Assembly: GCA_051362555.1 (NCBI GenBank)
Contig: CM120641.1
Location: forward strand, 46,630,401-46,694,400
Source of the DNA: Lingula anatina
Lineage: Eukaryota > Animalia > Brachiopoda
Length of the DNA stretch: 64,000 nt
Direction: 5' to 3'
Numbering within the stretch: the first letter of the stretch is position 1; the number at the start of each line of letters is the position of its first letter. The position numbers were made by a program, and so were the translations under genes. Below the pieces are notes generated by a model that was not told where the DNA came from, did not search any database, and worked only from the letters and a program-made list of their open reading frames with translations. Shown here piece by piece: positions 48,601 through 62,938 of the stretch.

Positions 48601-50619
48601 CTCACCTTACAGATGGATGAATACTATCATCATACAGGGTGCACTTCTTTGTTTGATTCTCACCACCCTTGAGGGATAAAATGGATTATTTAGTGCAAAC
48701 TGCGAAATTGGAAATCACTTCTTTAATCAAAATAATAAGAAGAAAAAGAAATGAAATTTTACCAAATATCTTCTCACAGTACATAATTTCCAATTTCATT
48801 CAATATCAAATCAATATCAATATCACACAATAATTGAGTAATCAGTATGTTTTATGTTAAAGGAGTTTCAAGAATATTGTTTAAGTTCAATGTTCAAAAT
48901 TCACATTTATGGTTACAAATTGTCATAAATTACAGTACGGCTCAAGCTACACATTTACCTTGACAACACTTAGATATTCAGCAATAGCTGTACGTGCATT
49001 CTGAGACAATTTCCTGGCTTGTTCATCACACACCCAGCAATGAATACCTCTCCTTCCTGAATACACCCACAACAGGTGCTCAAAACCAAAGTCCTCTAAA
49101 TAAGATACATCCAAATTAAGTTGTTTTTTTTTTTTTACATTTAGATTAAATAATTCGACTTTATTAAAAGTATTGATCTCCCATTTTAGATAAAACGTAA
49201 CAATAATGTGATCTAATACAACTTGTAATCTTAAACAATTGCATTGCCCACTGTTTATAAAATACTTTCTTGAAAATATTTCACTTGATTAAAAAGATAA
49301 TATATAAAGACTTAAAGATCATGATATTTGATTTTTTAATATATTCACAACAACATACCTCTTAAAGCTGTATCTATAATCTTCACAGCAATAATCATAA
49401 GTGGCCAACACTTGGGGCATATGTCTGCACCCCTATTATGATAGAAACACACCATTAGCTAAGGAGTTAAATAGCTTACCATCAAAGGTTTAATAATTAT
49501 CTAATATAAATGTTACTTTACAAATCATGTTCACAATTAAACTTTGTTCATCAAAATTAAAGTACTTACGAACAACAGCTTCTAACTTCATCATAATCTG
49601 TCATGTCAATGTCAAAGACCAGTTCCTTCTCTTGAGCTTGAAAAGCTGCTGCTTTAACAGTTTTGTGGTCTTTGGGCTGCAAGAAAAAAAAAAAAAAAAC
49701 AATAATAATAATAATAAAAAGATAGAACCTGACTGTGTCTGAATATTTTTTGTCAAACAGGTAAGAAATGGCAGGGAAAATTTAATACTTCAGAAATTTG
49801 TAAACATACCCAATTAATATCAGTTGAGACTGAATACATAAAAGCATCAATGAAAATGTAACAGTTACCTCTGATTAAAAGTAAATGAAATACAAACTAC
49901 CAGTGCTAGTATATGAATACAGTTGCAAATTATATAACAGGCAGCAATGCAAAAACAACATGTACCTCTGTAACAAATTCACCATGAATCTTTAACTACA
50001 CCTCATTATGTGGAAACATAGTAAAAACTGTACTCTACATACTCTGTGTGTGAACACTGCCCCAATGTCTATTTTATACGGACATCTTTTCTGGATCTCT
50101 TTCTCCATATCCTGCTGGTCTGCAAACGACTGGTAACGTATGTACACGTCATCCTTCAACGTGAATGAAAACTCTCGGTTGGTAAAATACGTCTTTGGTA
50201 CTGTAATGAAAAGGGCAACGACAATTTATCAATCACGCTTTTTATTTTGTTAACCGTTTCATGGGTCAGTCGCCAAGGCTCATACTTTTTTCTTTTAATT
50301 TCATAATAAAATCAAATCCCACCCTAATTTACTATCACAGTTTGTACAAGTGCCAAATAACTAAAATATCCACAAAGACCCGACATGCACAGCTTTCAAC
50401 ACAACACCCACAAACAATATAGCTCAAGTTGTACAGTCTTGCCGCGAACAAGTGAGTCTTAATACATGATAGATGTCTTAACCGATACCTTCGTAGATAC
50501 TTACCACCTCCATAATTCAGCCATTGGTAGTACAGGCCATACGGGAAAAGGCGTTTATAATATATTGGAAGAAAATCTGGCAAACAAGCCGGATCGTAGT
50601 GTGTTTGTTCGTTTGTCAT
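45687..50619 (-). CDS. PRIM1: DNA primase small (catalytic) subunit
   Basis: Exons 50619-50505, 50200-50043, 49676-49570, 49432-49359, 49095-48959, 48667-48606, 48363-48251, 47875-47772, 47483-47351, ~46909-46841, ~46556-46489, ~46075-45996 and 45706-45687. Peptides [92 protein letters not shown]; ends DIKKEF*. Confidence 0.96.
47040..47210. mobile_element. Small MITE in a PRIM1 intron
   Basis: Imperfect TIRs CTGGGGTCGCTAAC ... GCTAGCGCTACCCCAG, with CATTTA on both flanks. Confidence 0.6.
47876..48250 (-). other. U12-type (minor spliceosome) AT-AC intron in PRIM1
   Basis: On the minus strand the 5' site is ATATCCTTTT, the branch site is TTCCTTGAC close to the 3' end, and the intron ends ...CAC. 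The joined frame [18 protein letters not shown] is open. Confidence 0.9.
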
Positions 50620-50633
50620 TTTGCTGGACCGTA

Positions 50634-50648
50634 AATTTGGCGCGCCGC
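50634..50648. promoter_or_regulatory. E2F-type site immediately upstream of the PRIM1 ATG
   Basis: TTTGGCGCGCC matches the TTTSSCGC consensus, typical of DNA replication gene promoters. Confidence 0.55.
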
Positions 50649-52120
50649 TTGGCCTCGTTCTCAAACGATATTTCCGGTTCCTTGTCTCAGCTAATGCAAT
50701 TTGCAAGCGTCCCCCCAAGTTCAGCTTCTGTAAATATCTCATCTCTCGAATTAAATAAAAATCCCCAACATTACTTACCGCTTTCTCTATGTATATTACA
50801 GTAGAATATCTGTGGCTGTCAACTTTAACATTTTATTGTCTTAATTTGTAACTGTTGTTGTCAACTTTGTAAAGTATTATTATTGTATTTATTTCATTGA
50901 TTTGTGCCTTGGGTGTGGTTTGATCAATAGATTTTTCTAATAATCAATAATAAAAAAACTTGGCACTTGGTTGTAAAACCACAAAATTACTCAAAAGGTC
51001 ATTACCTGACATGAGCAATTGAGGTAGCTGACCAAGTTTGAAGCACGAAATTGATTTTCAATTTTTACATAGCATCACAACCCAAAGCTCATTCTCAACA
51101 ACTTGGCAAGTTTAGCAGAATAAACAAGTTTGAAAATTCTTTGGTTCAAAAGCTATTTCAGAGATGCAACATTCCACTGAATGCCTCAGTATGCAGCATT
51201 AAAAATAAGTTGTACTGAAAGATAACCGTCACTCTTACAAAATATTTATTGTCCACAGGAAAGCATTACAACAGTGATATTAATTGACACTACGAAGTCC
51301 GGTACATTACGTGTTAGTCAATTTAGAGATATGAATATATTGTTTGGAATAATTCCATGGCACGAGCAAAATATTGCACTTGCTCAGGCCAGGCAGGTGT
51401 TAGGCAGTTTGTCGTGATTGTAAACTTAAGCATCCAGTTACACAAAAAAATAAACCAAAACCAATGTCACAGGCAAATATCTACCTAACTTAACACCTAA
51501 ATCTAAGTTATTAAACATTTTAGCCATTTATTACAAGTCCTCTTCATGAGCATTTTCCAATATGCATGCCTTATTATAAGCAGTCGTCAGTAGATTAAAC
51601 CAGTTTTATTTCCTTTCCCTAAAAGATCACTTCTTCTAGATATATATTTGCAAAATAATTAAATGATCTGAAGGCATTACATGTAGAATATCGACAAGCA
51701 AAAATTCTGGAGTTTCTTAACAAGTTTTAAATATTAACCATCACCTTATCAATTTACAAACTTAGAAATACCCACTTCACATTTTTGAGGGCACTTTTTT
51801 CTCACCCTGAATGAAATTACCACCAAAATACTGCATTTCTTGTATTTCAAAATTGAGCAAGGATATAAATTTCAATGTCTTACGAGGATGATTTGAGGAC
51901 AGTCTGGCAACAAAAGGGGAAATCAAAAACAACAGATTCCTTGTAGTTACAACAATATTCGTAAAGCTGATAATTCCTTTATGTAAATTATTCAGTCACA
52001 TTGGGTGATTTTTCACACCAAAATCTTTAATATCAAATTGAGTCTTGAAGCCTTTTTTCTGCTTACAACAACAGCAAACACTAGTCCTATAAAGCTCTTG
52101 AATTCACATTTTTGGTGTAT

Positions 52121-52445
52121 CTAATTCTTATTCTTCTTTCTGTCCTCCTGCAACATAAAGAAAATAATGTAGTAAAAGTCTGGTGATCAATATCATGAGT
52201 AAACCAGGTATCACAATTACTGCCTCAAAACTTGGTGACTTAAACTTTACAAAACTGTATGTACCTCAATTGTTTGAAACAATTTGGCTTAAATCAAATG
52301 AAAATCTTTCTGAAAAATACCTTGCTTGCCAAAATAATCAGGAGTCTGCGGAAAATGTTGATGAAGTCTAAGAAAAGGTCAACTGAGTGCCTGAAAATAA
52401 ACCACAAAAAATTTATTATAAGCCTGAATGCCATCTCTCTCTCTC

Positions 52446-52523
<78 letters not shown>

Positions 52524-53987
52524 ACAAAAATTCTTTAAAATTTTTCAAAATTTTTTAGCACGATTGGCTAGCTTTTGTTAAACACTACAATGCAACAATA
52601 CCAATATGTAAGCTGAAGGCTTCAAAGCATTATAAGAACTAAAACAACACATGTAAAGTATCAGCACAAACCAATCCATGTTTTAAAGAAGACAACTCAC
52701 CAGATGAAGTCTGTATCTCCGCGCCTGCGTTTTTCCACAATCAGCTGGGTGTCGTACAGGACAAAGCCACACATGATTATCAAACCCAGGTACAGATTCA
52801 GCTGAAACCAACCACAGCATGGATCAAACCACAAACCTCATCCCTTCCAATAGTACAATAATTAATATATATCTATAACAGAGTTCAAATTTTAATATTG
52901 GGTTAGACCATAACTCTTCTCTACTTCCAGCAGCACATAAATGAACATGTATACATAGAATTCAATTTTTAAGCTGGGGTAAGACCTATTTTTTACCTCA
53001 AAGATCAGACGGATCCCAAGTAACAGGTTGACGAGACTCATCAGCATCATAATGGACAGACCAGAAAACAACATTCCTAGAAATCAATTAGAAAAACACA
53101 ACTGCAATATCATGTGATCATGAAACAGAAGTTCATTTCAATGTAAAACGGTTATAAGTATATCATTGTGGTAGCCCTTGTATCTCAATTTATGAAGTAT
53201 TCATTATAAATAATAGTGCCTTTAACACCAAGTTTGTTAAGTGGCAATTTTCCACCATCCTTTGTGACATGGTGACGACAAAAAGAAAGATACCTTCTGA
53301 TTTGTTTAAAAAAAAAAAAAAAAAAAAACTAGCAACAATGACCGACACCCCAATAGGATATTGTCTGTGACCAAAACCTCTGCATATGCTCCAAATAAGT
53401 TAGAACTCACCTCCCAGATAGAGGTATTTTCTCTGATCTCCAGCCAAGAGTGCGCTGAGACTGAAGCAAGCAAATATCACACAAGTGCCCAGGAAAGCTG
53501 TGGGGATGATGCTGAAGACAGATAGTACACATTATTATATTATTTGGTACTCTCAATGTCCTTACTGTACCTCTTCCTTAATATCACTGCTATTACTGTA
53601 TGGCAACAAAAACAGAGGCATCAAGAGTGTCAGTTGTAAATTTTCCTACTAAAACTGGGACACAGGCCTACTGTTTATGCTAAAAGTCAAGATCAAGTCA
53701 AAAGATGATCCAAATAGTGAGAGTTTATACAGTTGAGAACTGATGCTACATGGAATAATTACTAGTAAACACCTGTGTACCATACCTGGGGTTGATTTCA
53801 ATGACAACATCCAACAGTGGGCCAAGAGACATACCTGGAAAATATCAATTCAACATTAAAACATCAACCATAACTGGGCACCACTCATTGTGGCATGAAT
53901 GAAACAAAAATATTTATTTGTTACTAATGATCTGTTTCAATAAAAGAGAGACAGACTTCATGTATAATTCATAATTCAATGCTATAT

Positions 53988-54046
<59 letters not shown>

Positions 54047-55524
54047 AAGGACTTAAACCCATTAAAACTTAAGAAGCCAAAAAAACACAATACAGTAGAT
54101 CCAATACGACATATTTTCCAAGCAACTTTGACTCACCACTGAAAAAGGCAAAGCCTCCCAGCATAGCCAATCTTTTAGGCTGGTTTTCTGGGGTGTTGGC
54201 TGTCATGGACAGGGCAATCATTAGCCCTATCACTCCAATTAGGGTCAATAACCCAGCCTGTAAATATCAAACACAACCATTTAGGTACTAGTATGTAGCT
54301 TTGCTCCTTTTCAGTTCTTTTTGCAATTAGTATTCCATTACTTAACTTAGAAAATAGAAGGGATGAGAGAAACTCGTAACCTTGGTATCACAAATCCAAC
54401 TTAGTGGCTTATATGAAAAGTAAAAATATGTGTAAATATTGCTGGTATGCGCATGGGTCAGAAGTAATCATTACTGATTTCACAATATTATATACTGACC
54501 TGCATAAGGCCTGTGAATACATGGACATATCCCCCAACAGCTGCTGCTAACATGCATATGGCCAGGCAACTGTACACATTCTTCAGGTGAAGCTGGACAG
54601 GTTTTTCTCTGGAAATGAGAAAATGAATGAAAAAAAAAAAGATACATAATAATAATTATAAGAAGAAACGAAGAAGAAGGAGAATAATTAGTAAAAATGA
54701 AAAAAAAAAAAAAAAAAAAACCTGGACATAGAGTAAAAAATATTTAAAATGAACAAAAAGAATATGAGCAACATGAGAAAAAGTTTTTGTTGGTATATGC
54801 CATATTTATAATGCCATCAGATTTTTCACCGCTATCAGTTTCTGAACCAGATGTGAATCAAGCTATATTCAACATGCTGCCTGTATGGATGTGAATAGTC
54901 AGGTGGTTCTCTACTGTCATTTTCCCACTGCTGTTTCTTACATAAGTTTGCATGCCTTTCCACTGCTATTCAACCTCAACTGAATTCATTAATTACAGGC
55001 ATTTGAATTAATAATGCTCATTCAATGTTTAGAAATTTACTACAAGTAGGATTTAAAAAATGAAAAAAAAAAGAAGCCTAGTGACACAAGCCTACCGAAG
55101 ATTCTAGAAGTAAAAGGGTTTTTCCCAGACAAAATATTTGCGGAAGTGAGACACTAAAACGAAAGTTCCACATAGAAAATATCATTTCGTGTAGAAAACG
55201 TAAAAACTATCTGTACAGGCCAGTTGAACAGTTGAGAAAAGTCTCTGTGGTATAATTAAAAAGCTATTGCACACCCTAAAACGAACTGATAGTAAGATTC
55301 TCCCTGTAATTCTCCCTTCTTATCTTTCGATTACGTCCGACGGCCATTTCTACTACTTCCATTTCTGATAGGTTTGCAAACGTCAGGGTGTCACCAATTC
55401 GCAACAAACAACGTTATATCTACTTCTTATTACATCCAGCATCACTCTAATTTGAAGTTTATACTTACAAACGGCTGAAATCGAATAAAGTGCGCACTTG
55501 CGCGTTGAAATCTGCGTCTGCCAT
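52121..55524 (-). CDS. TMBIM6: Bax inhibitor 1 (TMBIM6/TEGT)
   Basis: Nine exons: 55524-55469, 54608-54500, ~54257-54137, ~53833-53785, ~53511-53411, ~53076-52996, ~52801-52701, ~52390-52321 and 52147-52121. Peptides [83 protein letters not shown]; basic tail EDRKKNKN*. Confidence 0.95.
52449..52520. repeat. (TA)n microsatellite
   Basis: Direct reading of the sequence. Confidence 0.95.
53988..54042. repeat. (GA)n microsatellite
   Basis: Direct reading of the sequence. Confidence 0.95.
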
Positions 55525-57186
55525 TTTCTCGACTCAAGTTGTTGTACCGTCAGCAAACGCTTAAAACATTTTAAAATATCAATATCTGATAAGAAAAATT
55601 ATTGGCTTAAATGCTTTTAAATTCAACTGTTTTAATTTTACAAAAACTAAGTTTTAATTACAGATGTTGAAGTATAAAAAAAACGTTTAAAATCTTAAAC
55701 TTTGTAAATGTTTTAATGATGTAGGCGACTGACACACGTCAGCCCTAGCAATGTGTTAGATGAGCAAACAAGAAAGCGATAAGGTGGGATTTCGAATCAT
55801 GGCTCAACAAACACACTGGCAGCATGCAGTGATTTAGTATGATTAGAAACCACGTTTTATACTGTATTGTTAATAATAATAAAAAATGATCGATAACAAC
55901 TGAAACGAGAGTTATTTTTACAACAGCTGCGGAAATAGCGTAAAAATGAGAGCCCATCGTTAAATCCACGAAAGTGCCAGTTTTGATTAATCGTTTGCAC
56001 TTCAGACTTCGTGTCAAGTGACGCGCAAGCCTGGGTGATTTAACAGACATTTACAAAATGACAATCGTTTGGAAATGTGCTAAACAAGCAAAAGGGGAGA
56101 ATAACCGCAACCCCTATTATTCTACTTACTATAGTTTGCTATGCATACCACACAAACCTCAATAAATCTCCAACCAAGTGAAGTTGCTTAAAAACATTGA
56201 TTTGTTTCAATTTGCTAGGTTGTTTTATTCTAAACAGGTGATCAATACCCGTTTTCTCTCATCACACCTTTACGTATTGACCCTGTCATTCTATCAATTC
56301 TAAGTAAAATCCTCCAAAGTTTATCTTATTTCTCTGCATTATTAATATAACAAAGCCAGCACTATAAAGTTATTATCACTTGAACCAAAACAATTTTCAT
56401 GTAATTACATAAAATATGAATACTTTAAACCTGATCAATAAAGACCTAAAAAAAAAAAATGTGCGTCATTTCTGGAAAATGGCTATTGATTGTGTTAAAA
56501 GGTGTATTCCCACAAAATTAATAAATTAAAATAAATAAATAAACATTAAAAGTCAAAAGCCTCAATATGACATTGAATTTTATAGATTCAGGATGTGCAT
56601 GAAGCAAAAAAGAAAAAAAAAAAAAAGATAAATAAATAAATAAATAAATAAAATAAAATAAATAAAGAGAGAGAGAGACGTAAAATTATATATATAACTG
56701 TACACATTACCAACCACTTTCTCTTACAATATCCTCAAAGAGCTTGTCTCCATGCTGTGAAATAGTTGCACTTATTATTTTAACTGGCTTTGGGTACGAA
56801 CTATTAACACATGGCACATGTAAGTGTCACCACAGTGCAAATTAAGGCTCATTAACTGGTGTTATATTTATTAATTGACTTTAAACTTATACAAGTAAAA
56901 TAAAGCATCTAAAATGCAAAAGACCATTTAATTGTGGGGTCCGTCTGTTGTAGAATTGAATATTCATATTTTCTTCCTCAAGAACCTCAACCTTTAATGT
57001 TTTAAAGGCATCTTGTATTCTTTTCAAGCAATAAAATTACTATATGCCCACTCAAATCTTTCTTTTTCGTGCAAAATGACTATTAAAGCTTTCTTTTTTG
57101 TGCAAAATAAAAATGAACATTAGATTAAGAAAAAAGAAAGTGGTTTTTAAATCTGATACTACATTTTTGAAAAAAAATTAATTTAC

Positions 57187-57227
<41 letters not shown>

Positions 57228-60200
57228 AAAGACTGACATTTTAAAAAAAGTTATTGAACAATATGGTAGATTTTAAACAGCTGTGGTTAAACAAACCCAA
57301 CAACCTGTATCCTTTTCTGCTTCACTTCATTCGATATTATGGTGAAAAAAATGCTCTAACATGAATATAAATAGCAAGTACTGCTCTCATTTTGATCAGT
57401 CTCGCTGGAAATTAGTCCATAAAGCCTTCCCTTTGCAATTATTAACAGTACATTACACAAACATCAATTTAAAAGCTTGGAGTGCAAAGTTACTACACTC
57501 CCTCCTCATATCTTGCGTGGACTTCCTTATAACCTGACTTGATGTTAAATGAATTTTTACATTAACAAAGCTAGTTAAACAAATGTGTTGGTTATTTGTC
57601 TTTAGATAAAACACACTGGCACCTACATCCATTACACTAAAAGGTATATCAAATTGCGCAAGCTTGGCAAATATTTGATTTTAGTGCACTTCAGATTAAA
57701 TTATCCGCCAGGTTAATCTTTTGCTTGCTTCCACCAGCAGAATGTTTCTGAATCTTTTCAAGGAATTATGGAAGTAACAACAACCAGCTGATACTGCAGG
57801 TACTCCAACCTGTTTTTCATAAAGAAACGCCAAAGTCGGCGCCAACACCAGTCACTTTATAGACGTTATTATATCACCAGGATCTACCTTGTTCTTACTC
57901 TAATGCTTTGCAGGAATTCAGGCAAGTATTTTAATCATCGGTTTCTAGGGATTTTCTTCACCGAGTAAATAACAGATACATGTATGAGGCATATTGGTTA
58001 TAATGCAACCTGAAAATTCCTATAGTACATGCAGTTCCAGTGGTTGTATTGGGTGGGTTCATAATAAGCTGAGAGTAGATGTGGGGGAGGTGGGTGTGGT
58101 GTTTTTTTTTACAGATATAGAAGGCACATTTTTTTTTCTATGAAATACTTCAATTTAAATCAAGTTATTGATTTAATGCCAACAGTTGTAATTATCCAAT
58201 CAAATTTCTAAGTACAGTTAGGTTATCTAGACTGAAAATCTTTGCAGTTTTTCCCAGATAAAGTCTCTTTCATATTCTAAAAAATTAATCCAGTTCATAT
58301 GTATATTTACATGTTGTATATTTATTACTCTAATGAAAGCAAACAGCTTTATATCATGATACAACTCATTCACCTGTAGCTATAAAATGAGGGCGGAATC
58401 TATGTTACCCAGTCTGTTATCATCACTGCTATAAAAACTGTATACGTAAGGGTAAAATTTGGGGGCACTGAAGTTAGTGTCTACAGTATTCTTTCTAGTC
58501 ATATTTTTCAAAAGTGATTATGAAAAATGACACTATTTGCTTTTGCTGGTTGCAAGGATCATTCTGAAACATGACAATAATTTCTATTTGACAGAATTGT
58601 TTTTGCATCATAAAACTAGGCTCTGTAGGAACAAACTTCCAAGTGCCCCCAAATTTTCATGTCTAAATAGTTGCTGCATGTCTGAAGGTTGCATTCTACT
58701 GGTTCGCAGTAACCCTATTTTATATATTTTAAATACAGAAAAGATTCCATAATTGTGATGTTATTTGGTCACAAGTATGTTTTAATAATATGAAATTAAA
58801 AATTAATTGGTTTCATGAATATCTAATGTATATATTTCAGTTGTTGTTGAAGCTATTCATTATTTAAGGCATATAAAAGTGATAAAAATAAAATATTTAT
58901 TTGTTGCAAAAGCTGAAAACGAATTTTTGTTGTCCTACTTCATTATATTTTCCTTTTGGACAGCCCATATTTCAACATATCAAAATATCTCAGCAGCATC
59001 CCTTATAACATATTATCAAAGCCTCTTTTCTTTACACAAAAGAAAACTATTTCCAATGAAGTATATACAAAGTAAATTTTAAATTTAAAAAGTGTAGAAT
59101 ATATAACATATGATGTGTCTTCCTCATGCTCTAATGTAATGAACATTTGTTGGTAATTCACAGCAAATACTGACCGCCGAGTTTCTTCCTGTTCTTTCAC
59201 CAGTTCACCTGTTGACGTATGACGTATGAAGCAGGTCCTTAGCGCCCAAAGAAAGTGTTAATTAAGTATATACACCCTCCCCACAGCAGTAATAAGCCTC
59301 AACAGCTTGGGAAATGATCAATAAAAAACGATGCCCCTCAGATTACTTATCAGAGTGGTAATCACTCTTGTCTGCAGCAAAGAAGCAGAACAAATGATGT
59401 AACGTTTTCAGGCAGGTTTTGATATGCCCCAAAGTTAATGTGTATCACTTTAAGTATGTCTGCATTATCAGATAGGTGAAATTAAAAGTAAGTGAAGGAA
59501 TGATTGAATACACTTTTATTTACACTCAGTCTGAGCAGCAACTTATTTGTATCATTCACATTCCAGGGTAGTAGTGGGAAAGAGTGCAGCTTAGTGGAGA
59601 AGTACAAGGATAATCCTCGAGTTCTGGTACTGGTATTAATTGCATTGATCGCATTAGACTTTGTTAACAGAAAGCAATAACACAATCGCATATCCATCTT
59701 ATAGATTCAATAGTTCAGACCATTCGGATGTTGTTTCTCGCTTATCACAACTTTGCCAACTTCAGCTTCTCATCTGTGTATAGCTTAACGAGGCCAACCA
59801 AGGACAGCCAAGGATAAAAAAAAACTGTGAAATCATATTCTTGGAAACCGACTCATCACAAAGATTCACGACGCTACATACCAGTACTTATTCTGCAGTG
59901 CATATGAAAGTGGATGACAGAAGAGAATCTAATATTTCCAGTGAGGCTTTGTTTTATCATCCATTACCATTACCACCAAAAAACCTGCTTGCATGGATAC
60001 AACCACAAAGGCATTAAGATAATTGCACTGGTTTATCACATTTGTGGTAACGGGCAGCGCAGGGGAAACAAGGGAGGCATTTCATTTGATTTAACCACAA
60101 AGTCAGTACAAAACTTTGCAATTCAGTGATACAGTATCATTTTTTTTTTTCATCAGAACTGAGACAATATGTGTCTCCTTCTCAGGAACAATTACATAAT

Positions 60201-60406
60201 AATGCATAATGAGAATGGTAGACAGATGTGTGACAGCATGTAGAATTAATTTTGAATTAACCAGGAAAAATCATGAAAATACTGCTACCATATATATACA
60301 GCCACACTGACATTAAATAAGTGAGTGTATCAAATTCAAATTTTTCCTGACTACATGCTGTGACAGTTGTTTTGGGAGTACAGACGGTGTACTGTAGTAT
60401 GACCCT

Positions 60407-60535
60407 ATGAACTACTCCGGTGGAGCTAGGCATGAATACAGCAGTGGCAAGAGAGCCTGGAGAGCACCCTCTGACAATGTCATCCAGATCGTGCACCTGC
60501 GAGGGGGGAAGAAACAGCGCGCCCTGGATCCCTTG
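60407..60535 (+). CDS. Candidate first coding exon of an unidentified gene that continues beyond the window
   Basis: GC-richer island with two open frames (ATG at 60407 or 60432) ending at a strong donor TTG|GTAAGT. No recognisable domain. Confidence 0.3.
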
Positions 60536-61601
60536 GTAAGTGTAGATAAATTGGTGGTTGTAACTGCTCCCCATAGGTTCATACTGCTGATAAAGAGAGG
60601 GCGAGGCGTGGATTTGTTGGATTGTTCAACCACACGGTGTACTTTTGTGGGAAAAAAAATCTCTGTTTTTATTTCTATACAGATACAAATAATGATAATA
60701 TTGACTAATAGTCTCATAAACTACCTTTATTGTGATCACTATAGGTCTGCAGTCCCTTATTTCTAATACTGTTCTGTGATTACCAATATAGTTCCATTCA
60801 AAGAATTCAGGTACAAAGTTGAATCTTTTCATTTCCTTATATAAGTTTGGTCTTCTACACAAAATGGAAAAACATTTCCAGAGCGAACAGTGCAAAACAA
60901 AACAATTGAAAAGAAGTATGGACGAGGTATTTAAGTTGTAGGCTTGTATACAGATCATTAAAGAAAAGTGCAGCTAACAGATCAGCCAGAATGCTTATCT
61001 CACACTGCCCATCTTACAGCAAATAAACCAGCAAGCTTACCTATCAAATGAAAATGGCATATTCTGAACATCACATTTCAACCTTGAAAGTGTGTTAGGT
61101 CTAGATTGTATTTGTAAGTAAATCTAATTATTTTCAAGGAGCAGAGGGCCAGGGCAGGGGGGGGGGGGCATTCTTTGGATTGTCAGACCCTACTGGTACA
61201 TCCTATAATTAACAGTGACTCTAAATTAATTTAACCACTAAAGGCCACTTTCAATTTCACCCCCCTCTGGTGTCTAAATAATGTTTGTAGAACTAAATGT
61301 ATTTTATTCCATTCTCTAACAAAAGCTTTTTGGTTTCACTTAACACCTCTAAATGCATTCCTGTTGTAAAAACAGACGAAATACCAGTACTTATGTAAAT
61401 AGTTCATTGGTTGATTTAATCCCCTTTTTTTAAAGAAAGATCGTAAATGTGACCCATGCTTCACCCTCCTTTTTTGTAACTCTTTTCTCCTCTAAGGTTG
61501 TCTGTCAGACCTTCCAAAGACTACACCCCTGTACACCCCTGTAATGTTAGATACATTGCTCATATGAAAAAAAAAAAAAAAAAACTTTTATGACAATTAA
61601 T

Positions 61602-61891
61602 CAGGGGCGGATCCAGGATTATTTGAAGAGGTGGTCCAGATCTACAGGCCTCAAATGCAAAGTTGACCATTGCTCCCATGGAGTGGGGTTCAGGGCCTGC
61701 TCAAGGGCTTGGAAAATTTTTTTGTGCTTTGGAGGGCAAATGGTGCCTTTTGGTACGGTTTAGAACTATGATTCAGCTAGTCAAAATTCTAATTTCAAGA
61801 GGGAAATATTGGTGTGATATATTTTTCAGAAACCGAAGGGGGTGATCAGGACCCCCCTGACCCCCCCCCCCCCCCTCTAAATCCGCCACTC
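61602..61891. mobile_element. MITE of the same terminal family as 5638-5805
   Basis: CAGGGGCGGATCCAGG ... CTAAATCCGCCACT, with TGACAAT near both flanks. Confidence 0.65.
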
Positions 61892-61909
61892 GTGACAATC
61901 ACCAACTCC

Positions 61910-61921
61910 TGTGTGTGTGTG

Positions 61922-61956
<35 letters not shown>
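61910..61956. repeat. (TG)n microsatellite
   Basis: Direct reading of the sequence. Confidence 0.9.
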
Positions 61957-61957
<1 letters not shown>

Positions 61958-62777
61958 TTGCTATAAAACATGTGGTGCAATATACATCAGCCACAGGTGT
62001 TCAGAGTTGTACATGTATCTCTAATTCACAAAATGACAGAGGTAAAATAATATATTAAATGCGACACAAGTTACCTTGGGGTATGAAATGTACACTAATG
62101 TGAAGCATGCAAGGATGTCAAGAATATCAGTTAACATTCACTGCAGTGTAAGACGACAATATTTAACACATCGCATAAAATGAACTGTTATATTAGGAAT
62201 TTCATGTAGGAGAGGCAGGGGAAATCTTGGATCTTATCAAGTGGTGTAGGATCAATTCTAAATTATTCCTGTCACTGGCACAGATCCATTTTCATCTCAT
62301 GTACATGTAGTCTAGGTTACATCATCATTAGGCATCTTCAGCAATGAATTCCAATGACTGAATACTGGTAACACAACATAAACACAGAAGTGAACAGTCT
62401 TTATATAATTATTACTAGCAACTTTGTGTATTCCTGTCACACAATACCAGATCAACAATTATTTTTAAAATTCTGATATAAAAACCTATAAATTTTGTGA
62501 TAATGTGAACCATTCCTTCTCAATCAATATTCTGTCAATTTAATTGCTGCAGGATAACATGCTGTAATGTGACTCCTAGTTAAAGTAGAGACTTTGAGTG
62601 CATCGCTAGAAATGCAATCATTTTCTTTTTGTCATTTTTATTTTAATTTTATATGTTTGAAGTCAGATATAATTGCTGTACATAGTTTATCATCATAAAT
62701 GTTGTTTAGGTGATGAGAGATTTAGAATATGTTGTTGAACTGAGAGGAGGGATGACTGATCTTCTTTGATGTCAGCT

Positions 62778-62938
62778 GGGGCCATAGCAATAGTTCAAAG
62801 ATTCATTGGTCTGGATTTTCACTAAAGAACCTTTAGGACCAACAAATCTTTGATTAAAAAAACTGATGAAAATGCTACGATTTTTGGACCAATGAACCTT
62901 CGGACCAATAATGAACCTTAGGACTATCAAGACGCCCC
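62778..62938. mobile_element. Degenerate copy of the GGACCAATGAACCTTCGGAC palindromic repeat
   Basis: Shares TTCATTGGTC and GGACCAATGAACCTTCGGAC motifs with 29605-29760. Confidence 0.5.

Noticed and set aside
54812-54880. Possible C/D-box snoRNA in TMBIM6 intron 1 (ATGTTGA ... CTGA on the minus strand)
   Set aside because: The C box is imperfect, the terminal stem is weak, and I could not identify an antisense rRNA guide.
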